This document shows positions 11,381-19,566 of a stretch of 64,000 nt of DNA, piece after piece. Under the pieces are notes generated by a model that was given only the letters and a program-made list of their open reading frames with translations, ran no database searches and was not told the origin of the DNA. The position numbers were made by a program, and so were the translations under genes. Each line of letters opens with the position of its first letter. Position 1 is the first letter of the stretch. Origin of the DNA: Myxococcales bacterium (GTDB taxonomy: Bacteria; Myxococcota_A; UBA9042; JABWCM01; BTVJ01); the NCBI GenBank assembly GCA_045863395.1, contig BTVJ01000007.1:64001-128000 (forward strand), written 5' to 3'.

Positions 11381-11482
11381 TGTACGTCAGCGGGCCGCAC
11401 GCGCCAGAATCGTGTCTGTCAGGCGGTGCACGAGGCACGCCCTGCCCCCGTGAACCCCAACGTGGGCGCCGGCTGGAGGGCG
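11381..11482 (-). pseudogene. Relic of 3' end of the NifK-like gene
   Basis: DNA closely matches 15211-15311; encodes ACLVHRLTDTILARAAR* versus TCLMHRLTNATLARAAR*. Confidence 0.85.
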
Positions 11483-11490
11483 GAGGAGGC

Positions 11491-11630
11491 TCAGGCGAGC
11501 ACGTCCCCGACGCGCAGCTCCCGCGCCCGCGCCGGGAAGGCCGCAGCCGCACCAGGGCGTCTTGTGGACGAAGCAGGTCCTCCCGCACCGCGCGCAGCCC
11601 GGACGCGAGCTCGTAGCCGGACCAGGCCCG
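11491..11630 (-). pseudogene. Frameshifted relic of 3' end of the NifH-like gene
   Basis: YELASGLRAVREDLL and AAFPARARELRVGDVLA* in different frames versus YELAAGLRAVREGLL...AAFPARARELRVGDLLA* at 18329-18460. Confidence 0.85.
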
Positions 11631-11869
11631 GAGCCCCGTGCCGAGCCCCATGGCGACGGCGACCGCCCTGTGCCGCTTGAAGAAGAACCCGCTCTGGAAT
11701 GTGACGCGAACGAGCGGGGCCGTGGTCGGGCCCCGAGGCGCTCGTCATTGGAAAGACAGGGCCCTGCCTGCGGCCTCACCTGCCAGCGGGGAGCATGTCA
11801 TGCACCAGCGCCTGACGAGCGCATTTCACGGCGTCGATCACTCTACAAAGCCAGGCCCCGGCCTGAAGG

Positions 11870-14620
11870 TCACAGGCAGGTGAAGCAGAGCTGGTCGCAG
11901 TAGCGCCCCCACCCGCAGTCGGCGTTCGAGTTGCATGGGTAGCCCCAATGATCCACAACGCAACCCTCCGGTCTGCCTGCGCACAAGAGGCCCGTCTTGC
12001 AATCGGTGCTATAGGCGCATGGGGCACCCAGCGACCGCGGACGTCCACATGCGCCGATCTTGCCGCTGGAACTTCCGGTCGGTGGGGAGCCCAGGCAAGC
12101 GAGCTTCGGAGCACAGTCGAGCCCATCGTCGCACGCTTCTCCAGCAAGGCCGACTGGCGCACACTCGTGGCTCCCTACGCCGTTCGGTCTGCACCGCAAC
12201 CCCACCTCACAGTCCCCCTCTGAGTTACACCCGTCTCCCAGGGTACCAAGGAGTCCGCAGGTCGAGAGTCGGCAGATCAGACCTCCGACACAGTCATCGG
12301 CCACCGTGCAACTCTCGCCTGGCTTCCCGGGACTCCTGCACAGGTGGTCGCTTCCGCAGATCGCTCCAACCACGCAGGATCCATCGTCGTGACAGTTCAG
12401 GCCCACTGGAATACTCTGGGGTGCCGGGATGCACTGGCCGCACTCATAGGGAATGGGAGCGTCGCCATAGTCAGGACACTCTTTCGAGCAGAAGCCACAC
12501 GTCGTCTCCATACAGGTGTACCCCGTCACTTTGATCGTGTGCACCGAAAAACAGGTGCCGTCTGCGCCGCCGAGCACGTTTGCGCAGACCAGGCCCTGCG
12601 CACACCCCCCGTCGTCCTCGCAGGGGGAGTAGAGAGGGGCGTAGCAACGTCCGTGCTCCCCGAGTCCGCAGACCAGCACGGGGTCGCAATCCATGGACTC
12701 ATCGCAAGTCTCCCCTACTGTGCGGGTTGGGAGACATCTGCTCCCGGCGTCGTCGGAAACGCACACGAGGCCTGAGGCACACTCGGCGTTGGACAAGCAG
12801 GAGGCATCAGCATCGAGGGCTGGCTCACACTGGTGCCCATCGAGCCCGTTTGAGCATGCCAGGCCGGAAGCACACTCCACTGATCGACCACAGGGGTCTC
12901 CGATTCCCTTGGCGGCAGGCGAAGGCACACACTGTCCGCAGAAGACTGTCTCGTACTTGTCGTAGCTCGCGATATCGCATCCATCGCAGCAGGCACAACC
13001 GTCGCAGGCCGTATAGTGACAAATAGGGGTCTGGCAATATTCGACCTTCGTGTGGAGTTCGCAGGCGCCGTCGATCCCACCGTAGCTCCACGCGCACACG
13101 AGGCCGAGTAGACAGTCGTTGTCCGACGCGCACTTCGCCAAGAGTCCTGGTTGACAGGTCCAAGTTCCATACCAGTCCGTGCAAGTGCTTGGTGCGGCGC
13201 AGTCATCGGCAGTGAGACAAGGGGCGCCCACTGGAGCAGGCACGCCACAGGCATTGAGAGACACACCGAACGGCGTGGCGCAGGCTGTCCCTGGAGCGCA
13301 GTTTGAATCTGATACGCAGGGCGTTCCGGTCCCACCCGTTGGTGGGAGACACAGCCCCAGTTTTGACCATCCGCTGAGTGTCATCGAGCACACGAACGGC
13401 GTCGCACACTCGGAGTCGTGGCCGCACAGTGAACCGAACGAACCCGGCGGACGACAGGCTGGGTTCTGTTTTCCAGAGGAGTACCATCCATCACCGACGC
13501 ACACAGTTCCAGGCGGGCAATTCCAGTCGGCGAGACACCCGGGGTAGGCTGCCCCGGACGGCTGGCATTGGAGGGTCGGCGCCCAGGTCACGAGGGTACA
13601 CTCCAACCCTGGAGAGCATTCGGAGGGAGCATCACAGGGTGCCTCCGCCGTCCCGTTGGGGATGCACCGTCCGAGGGTGCTCTTGACCGGCATGGCGCAG
13701 TGGTGATCTGGAGCGCAGTTGTCGTCCAGTCGACACGGAAACCCGGGCCGACCAGGAGGAAGGCACGTCCCAGGGGATGCAGCCGTCGGACTGAACGACG
13801 TGTTGCAGACGAGCCCGGAAGGACACGGGCTCGAAGCCGAGCAAGGCTGCCCATAGGGCTCCGTCGGACTGCACTCGCCAATGTCCCCGTCGGCCGCCAG
13901 CGCTTCACAGCTCGCGTCGTCTGCGCAGTCCTCGTCGCGGGTGCACAGCCAGCCAAGACCTCCCTTTGGGCTGCACAGGCCCGGGTAGGTCTGGCCATAG
14001 GCCTCGTTGCACACCGTCCCATCGGGGCACTCCTCGTCCGATGAGCAGGGAGCCCACACGGAGGGCCCTGCGGGTGGAATGCTCCCGGCGTCGACTGCGC
14101 CGGCGTCGACGTCCTGGGTGACGTCGGGCCCTGGTGACATGGGGGTGCCAGACCTGGCGTCGTCGGCTCCCGCGTCGCTGCCACCACCAACCCCGTCGAT
14201 CACCTTCCCGTCCCCGTCGGGATTGAGCCACCCGTCAGGCGCCTCACTGGTCGAATCGGACACGACGGCCACGCCTCCGTCCTCTGAGGCGCTGTCGGTG
14301 GATCTCTCGGCGGCGCCGTCGGAGGCGCCGTCCGATCTTCCGTCGGAGGTGCCGTCGGAGATCCCGTTGGCGGCGCCATCGGTTGCCTCGTCGGCTGCGT
14401 CGTTGGCGGTACCGTCAACGGGACCTCTGGAGACGTCATTCGGATCGACGGTCCAGCCTCCCCCTGGGGCATCGCTCGGGCCGCCGCCCGTCTCGGGCGC
14501 CGCATCGGCAGTCTCTGGTGACCCCGCAGCCGGGTCTGCGGAGGGAGGTTGCGACGGACCTTCGCAGCATGTGAGCACCGCACCGGACACGACGACGCAG
14601 AGCAGGGACCGTGCGCTCAT
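11870..14620 (-). CDS. Cys-rich repeat secreted/lipoprotein (916 aa)
   Basis: Signal ending VLTCC; Asp/Ser/Gly linker; many C..DxDC..GLxC repeats; visibly less GC-biased than its flanks. Confidence 0.75.
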   Translation of the reverse strand: MSARSLLCVVVSGAVLTCCEGPSQPPSADPAAGSPETADAAPETGGGPSDAPGGGWTVDPNDVSRGPVDGTANDAADEATDGAANGISDGTSDGRSDGASDGAAERSTDSASEDGGVAVVSDSTSEAPDGWLNPDGDGKVIDGVGGGSDAGADDARSGTPMSPGPDVTQDVDAGAVDAGSIPPAGPSVWAPCSSDEECPDGTVCNEAYGQTYPGLCSPKGGLGWLCTRDEDCADDASCEALAADGDIGECSPTEPYGQPCSASSPCPSGLVCNTSFSPTAASPGTCLPPGRPGFPCRLDDNCAPDHHCAMPVKSTLGRCIPNGTAEAPCDAPSECSPGLECTLVTWAPTLQCQPSGAAYPGCLADWNCPPGTVCVGDGWYSSGKQNPACRPPGSFGSLCGHDSECATPFVCSMTLSGWSKLGLCLPPTGGTGTPCVSDSNCAPGTACATPFGVSLNACGVPAPVGAPCLTADDCAAPSTCTDWYGTWTCQPGLLAKCASDNDCLLGLVCAWSYGGIDGACELHTKVEYCQTPICHYTACDGCACCDGCDIASYDKYETVFCGQCVPSPAAKGIGDPCGRSVECASGLACSNGLDGHQCEPALDADASCLSNAECASGLVCVSDDAGSRCLPTRTVGETCDESMDCDPVLVCGLGEHGRCYAPLYSPCEDDGGCAQGLVCANVLGGADGTCFSVHTIKVTGYTCMETTCGFCSKECPDYGDAPIPYECGQCIPAPQSIPVGLNCHDDGSCVVGAICGSDHLCRSPGKPGESCTVADDCVGGLICRLSTCGLLGTLGDGCNSEGDCEVGLRCRPNGVGSHECAPVGLAGEACDDGLDCAPKLACLGSPPTGSSSGKIGACGRPRSLGAPCAYSTDCKTGLLCAGRPEGCVVDHWGYPCNSNADCGWGRYCDQLCFTCL

Positions 14621-14756
14621 GGCATTGCCTCCAAAGCCTGTAGGTGTCGTCGCGCCTCGGGATCGATCAATGAATTACGCATGCGACCCTGCCGGCGTGA
14701 ACCACCCGCGCGCCCGTCAGTTGCGTGACCGCGGGCGTCGGGAACCCGCGGCTTCC

Positions 14757-14900
14757 ATGAAGTACTTCAATACCGCCGGGCCATGCATCGTGGGCATGCG
14801 GTACATGCTGCTGCCGCTCCCGCGCATCACCGAGGCGCCCGGCCTTGGGAAGAAGCGGACGGCCCCCACGCAGCCCGCTCGGGCGGGCACGCCCGCCTGA
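14757..14900 (+). pseudogene. N-terminal fragment of an AAA-like ATPase
   Basis: MKYFNTAGPC...YMLLPLPRI resembles the conserved FNTAGP...HYM-P N-terminus of a widespread ATPase family; ends before any Walker A. Confidence 0.6.
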
Positions 14901-15216
14901 GCCAGGGTGTCTCCCGGACCGGCACCTCCGCGGCGGAGGTTCCCCGCCCATCGTCCTCGAACCCGTACATCCTCCATGCCGGTCACCCAAGGAGGGCTCT
15001 CGGGACCCCACAGGAGGGGCGGATCTCGCCTCCCGAGCGTCCTCACACCCTCACAGGAGCGACGGAGGTGCCCTCCCCACACGCAAGGACGGCCCGCGTC
15101 CGTGACGGGCGTGCCCCTCCGGCGATGCTTCGGGGAAGCTCGAGTCAGGCTCCCCACCAGGAACACCTCCACTGCGGTGCAGAGGAGAGCCCACCAGGTT
15201 TGGCGGGCTGTGTACG

Positions 15217-16542
15217 TCAGCGGGCCGCCCGCGCCAGAGTCGCGTTCGTCAGGCGGTGCATGAGGCACGTCCAGCCCGAGAACCCCAACGTGGGCGCAGG
15301 GTGGAGGGCGTGGTAGCGCAAGGAGGGGAAGCCGAGCTCCACGAAGCGGTCGGGCGGGGCGACGGCCGCCTGCAGGAAGTGGCCGTCGCCGATCAGCAGG
15401 TCCGCGTCTGCCACCCGCTCGTGCAGGCTCGTGAGCTCTGCCGCGCGCGGCTGCCACGCCACCTCGATGGGCTCCCCCAGCTCATCGGCGAGATCCCCCG
15501 CGTGGGAGGCAGCGGCCGGGCTCGCGAGCCCCACCACCTCCATGCCCACCTCGGCAGCTACCTGGAGCATGCCCCCGAGGGTCGCCGGGTCCCCGGAGTA
15601 GGCGATGCGCCGCCCCGCGAGCAGGTGGTCCACGATGCGGGCGAAGCGGGGCACGGCGAGGGCGAGCTCCCGCTCGACCAGGGCCTCCGCAGCGTCCAGG
15701 CGCCCCGTCGCCCGACCCACCGCCAGCAGCAGCCGCCGCGTGCGGGGGATTCCCAGGGGCACCGGCGCCTCCACCACCCGTGCGCCGGTGGTGGCGGCGA
15801 TGCGGCGCGCCGCTCGGAGGCCGTGGGGCAGCGAAATGAGCGTCCCGGCGTGCCGCACGGCCCCCAGGTCCTGCGACGTGCCGCCGTCGAGCCACACGGA
15901 GACCACGTCCAGGGACAGCGCCTCCAGCAGCCGCCGCAGCTCGGCCACGTTGGCGCGCTGGTCCTCCTCCAGGCGGTCCATGACGTGACCCACCACGGCG
16001 ACCCGCTCCGGCGCCGGCATGCCGCCGGACAGGTCGAGGGAGCCCGCCAGCGCGAGCAGGGTCTCCGCGTAGCCGTGGAGCCAGTCTCCCTGCAACGAGA
16101 GGCTCGGCACCTCGATGAGCTGCGCCCGGGTGTGCGGCTGGGCGTCCCGCAGGAGCTGGTCGTACTGCGTCCCGATGATCGACACGTGGGGCATGGCGCA
16201 GACCAGGATCAGCCCCGCCCGGCGGTGCTGGTCGATGCGCCGGAGGCGGTCGACCACGTCCTCGCCCCGGCTCTTGACCACCCGGTCCGCGTGGAGGAGG
16301 GTCGGGACGATGCGGTGCCGCCCGAGCACGTCGAGGAGCGTCGCCTGCCAGTCGTGCTTTCCCTGGAGCCACTGGGCCTTGCGGATCACGCAGTCAGGGC
16401 CGTCCACCATCAGCACGGCGTCGGAGATGGCGTTGACCGCCATGTAGACGCCGAGCTGATACGGGAAGCGGTACGGGACGCCGAAGGCCCCGGTCAGCGG
16501 CTGCGGAGGGGCCGCGCCGCGTCGAAGCGCAGGTGTGGTCAT
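15217..16542 (-). CDS. Nitrogenase component-1-like oxidoreductase subunit (NifK/N-like paralog)
   Basis: VDGPDCV (cf. HGPxGC), SIIGTQY, GDWLHGY, NVAELRRLL, PLGIPRT, ELGFPS...PTLGFSG; ATGA overlap with upstream gene. Confidence 0.8.
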   Translation of the reverse strand: MTTPALRRGAAPPQPLTGAFGVPYRFPYQLGVYMAVNAISDAVLMVDGPDCVIRKAQWLQGKHDWQATLLDVLGRHRIVPTLLHADRVVKSRGEDVVDRLRRIDQHRRAGLILVCAMPHVSIIGTQYDQLLRDAQPHTRAQLIEVPSLSLQGDWLHGYAETLLALAGSLDLSGGMPAPERVAVVGHVMDRLEEDQRANVAELRRLLEALSLDVVSVWLDGGTSQDLGAVRHAGTLISLPHGLRAARRIAATTGARVVEAPVPLGIPRTRRLLLAVGRATGRLDAAEALVERELALAVPRFARIVDHLLAGRRIAYSGDPATLGGMLQVAAEVGMEVVGLASPAAASHAGDLADELGEPIEVAWQPRAAELTSLHERVADADLLIGDGHFLQAAVAPPDRFVELGFPSLRYHALHPAPTLGFSGWTCLMHRLTNATLARAAR

Positions 16543-18332
16543 GGCGCCTCCCCGAGGTGCGCGGAGTAGGTGCGGAAGAAGGACATGCGGCACAGCGCGA
16601 CGAGGCGCTCCGCCGTCTGCACGGCGCCGTCCAGCCCCAGCGCGACGTCGCGCGGCGAGAAGCGCGCCTTGCCCGCCCGCCCGGGCCGCGGGTCCATGGT
16701 GAGCTCCGTGTAGATGGCGTGGGCGCGGCTCTCCCGCAGGGCCGCGTCCAGCTCCTCGGCGGTGCGGAACGCGTCGATGCGAGCATCCACCGCGGCCAGG
16801 CGCTTCGCCACCTCGCCGACGGCAGCGCCCGTGCCGTCGGGGTCGTGCACCATGAGGTCGAGGCCGAACCCCATCTCTACGAGCAGCGCCAGGAGCGGCG
16901 CGCCGGTCATGCGGCACGAGCGCTCCAGCCGGGTCAGGCCGTGGCGGTCGAGCACGAAGCCGAGCCGGTAGCGGCCGGCGCGCTCTACTGCGTGCTCCCA
17001 CCGCCCTCGCAGCCGGTCCCACGCCATGCCCCACGCGCGGTCTGCCTCCGCCTCGCGGCCCGTCGCCAGGGCGATGGCCCGGAGCCACCGCTCCGTTCCC
17101 GCCACCCCAAAGGGCACGGGCGGCGCGATGGCCGGGCCGGGCCGGGCAGCGCGGAGCGCGTCGTAGGCAGCCACGTGGTGGTCCGTGCGAAAGTAGACCT
17201 GTACGCTCGCCTCGCCGAAGTGCTCCAGCATGGTCGGGTCCACGTCCGGGAGCAGCGCGGTGCGCACCTCGATGTCCGCGTCTCGCAGCAGGGCGAGCAG
17301 CGACGCCCGGCCGGGCAGCGAGGGGAGCCCCACCACGTCGGCGCTCCCCGGCTCCCTCGGGGGCGCCTCCGTCGGCGTGCGACCCGCCGCCCACGTCTGG
17401 ATCAGCCGGACCACGGGGTTGATGCTGTTGCCCAGGTACATGACGGGGGCCGCCACCCGCTTCTGGAGGCGCCCGATGGCCCCCTCCACGTCGTCGCCGA
17501 TGACCAGCGGGGTGCAGGAGGTGCCGACGGACACCAGGTGCGGCGCCTCGCCGTCCGCGATGGCGTCCATGAGCCGGTCGAGGCGCGCCGTGCCGCCCTT
17601 GATGACATCCATGTCCCCGAGGTCCGTGAACAGGGTGCGGGAGCCGGTGTCCACGGTGATGGACGCCCCCTCGGTCTGCGTGAGCGCGAAGAACGGCAAG
17701 CCTCCGTCGTCGTTGGGGATGCTGCCGAACAGGCACTCGATCTCCGTGTGGAGCACCTGGACGTGCTTGCCGAGCAGCCGGGCGGCCCCGCTCCGCTCCA
17801 GCTCGTTGTCCGCGAAGAAGCTCACCCAGGTCTCCTCCGCGCCATAGCCGTAGACCAGCGGGCTGAGCGCCCTGCCGGCGGCGCTCCTCGGCGCGCCCGC
17901 CGCGGCCTCCACCTCCAGGGGGCGGATGGAGCCGGGATCCTGGCGGATGACCCGCTCCAGCTCGTCGTAGCAGAGGGGGGTCAAGGCCCGGGCCACCCAG
18001 TCCAACAACGCCGCCTGGCGTGTGATGAGGTCCGCGCCCCGGTAGGTCAGCGCCAGGTGGGGCGTCTCTCTGTACACCGGGGCGCGACCGCGGAGGTGGA
18101 TCCAGAACGTCGTGTCGGGCTCAGGGCCCACGGTGACGCGGATGCCGTCCTGCGGGTCGAGAGTCAGGGAGCGTACCGTCGCTCCCGAGGCGGCCGGGAA
18201 GGCGAACACGCGGGCGAACGCTCGCAGGGAGCGCCTCCCGCCGACGATGACATGGTCCGTGGGGTCGGGGGCGAGGGGCGCCGGAGTCGCTCGTGGGCGC
18301 CGCCCCTCGAGCTCCGGGAAGAGGCGGCTCAT
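16539..18332 (-). CDS. Nitrogenase component-1-like oxidoreductase subunit (NifD/E-like paralog) with N-terminal extension
   Basis: TDLGDMDVIKGG (cf. TDLxExDVIFGG), TSCTPLVIGDDV (cf. TCxxxLIGDDI), PFGVAGT; ATGA overlap with the NifH-like gene. Confidence 0.8.
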   Translation of the reverse strand: MSRLFPELEGRRPRATPAPLAPDPTDHVIVGGRRSLRAFARVFAFPAASGATVRSLTLDPQDGIRVTVGPEPDTTFWIHLRGRAPVYRETPHLALTYRGADLITRQAALLDWVARALTPLCYDELERVIRQDPGSIRPLEVEAAAGAPRSAAGRALSPLVYGYGAEETWVSFFADNELERSGAARLLGKHVQVLHTEIECLFGSIPNDDGGLPFFALTQTEGASITVDTGSRTLFTDLGDMDVIKGGTARLDRLMDAIADGEAPHLVSVGTSCTPLVIGDDVEGAIGRLQKRVAAPVMYLGNSINPVVRLIQTWAAGRTPTEAPPREPGSADVVGLPSLPGRASLLALLRDADIEVRTALLPDVDPTMLEHFGEASVQVYFRTDHHVAAYDALRAARPGPAIAPPVPFGVAGTERWLRAIALATGREAEADRAWGMAWDRLRGRWEHAVERAGRYRLGFVLDRHGLTRLERSCRMTGAPLLALLVEMGFGLDLMVHDPDGTGAAVGEVAKRLAAVDARIDAFRTAEELDAALRESRAHAIYTELTMDPRPGRAGKARFSPRDVALGLDGAVQTAERLVALCRMSFFRTYSAHLGEAP

Positions 18333-19354
18333 GCGAGCAGGTCTCCGACGCGCAGCTCGCGCGCCCGCGCCGGGAAGGCTGCCTGCAGGCGCTCCAGTGC
18401 CTCCCTTGCGGGAAGCAGGCCCTCCCGCACGGCGCGCAGCCCGGCCGCGAGCTCGTAGCGGTAGTCGTCGGAGGCCTCGACGACCTCGGGCGCCGGGACG
18501 CGGACGGGCTCAGCCGTGCGCCTCGCTTCGATGAGGGCAGGCTCGGCGAAGCGGTTGCGGGTGTACTCGTAGAAGCTCACCTCGTCGATGGGAGTGGGCG
18601 GCTGCAACGTGGCGGAGTCGATGGACAGCACGGTCGCGGCCAGCTCCCGGAAGGTGCGCGCGATGGGCGAGGCGGGCGCCATCTCGACCGCCGTGATGCG
18701 CCGGTACTCCGCCTCCCGGATCGTCGCGTCCCGCGGGATCCACCCGATGATGCGCGTCGACAGCAGCCGCGCGAACCGCTCCATGGGCGCCCGGTCCACG
18801 TCGTTGTCTCGCAGGTTGATGATGATGCCGGCGAGCACGATGCCATTGGACCCGTAGTTGACCACCGCGCGCGCGATGTTGTTGGCGGCGTAGAGGGACA
18901 TGACCTCCTCGGACGCCACGATGACCACCTTGTGCCCCACGTCCTTCTTGAGGGGGGCCGCGAAGCCGCCGCAGACCACGTCGCCCAGCACGTCGAAGAG
19001 CACCGTGTCGTAGCGCCCCTCGTCGAGGAGGTTCGCGATGCGGAACACTTCGAGCATGCGCGAGATGGCGCGCCCCCCACACCCGACGCCGGCCGCGGGC
19101 CCGCCCGCCTCCACGCAGTCCACCCCCAGCGGCGACCGCACCACCACGTCGTCGGCGGTCGCGTCCTCACGCAGCGGCTGGTCCGTGACCGCCTCGATCA
19201 TGCGGCCGCCGAGCAGCGCGACTGTGGAGTCATGCTTCGGGTCGCACCCGACGTGAAGCACCCGCTGCCCCTGCATGGCGAGCGTGGCGCTGAAGTTCGT
19301 CGCGGTGGTGGACTTGCCGATGCCCCCTTTTCCGAAGAAGACCAGACGCTCCAT
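18329..19354 (-). CDS. NifH/BchL/CfbC-family Fe-protein (nitrogenase-like reductase)
   Basis: GKGGIGKSTT, GCDPKHDST, EAGGPAAGVGCGGR, DVLGDVVCGGFA, EEVMSLYAANNI; both [4Fe-4S] Cys present. Confidence 0.95.
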   Translation of the reverse strand: MERLVFFGKGGIGKSTTATNFSATLAMQGQRVLHVGCDPKHDSTVALLGGRMIEAVTDQPLREDATADDVVVRSPLGVDCVEAGGPAAGVGCGGRAISRMLEVFRIANLLDEGRYDTVLFDVLGDVVCGGFAAPLKKDVGHKVVIVASEEVMSLYAANNIARAVVNYGSNGIVLAGIIINLRDNDVDRAPMERFARLLSTRIIGWIPRDATIREAEYRRITAVEMAPASPIARTFRELAATVLSIDSATLQPPTPIDEVSFYEYTRNRFAEPALIEARRTAEPVRVPAPEVVEASDDYRYELAAGLRAVREGLLPAREALERLQAAFPARARELRVGDLLA

Positions 19355-19566
19355 GTGTGCTCCTGGGTGGTGCTGGCACCGTAGCGGAGGATGTGAAGGG
19401 TGTCCAGGGGCGGGGCAGCGTGCGTGCATCTCACTGCGTTGGTGTGCGCTTCGCCGGGACGGTGGACACGCAGCGTAACCCCGTCCGGCGGTTCTCTGGG
19501 CGCTTGCGCCTTCGGTGGAGTACGCTCGCGTGGGGATCCCTCACGGGATGCCCGGAGGGATGGGTG

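Noticed and set aside
15217..19354. Calling this nifHDK (nitrogen fixation) or bchLNB
   Set aside because: P-cluster and FeMo-co ligand sets are incomplete, and no nif accessory or photosynthesis genes are in the window
19373..19390. Sigma-54 promoter at TGGCAC near the nifH-like gene
   Set aside because: No TTGC at the -12 position, and the orientation is wrong for the nifH-like gene
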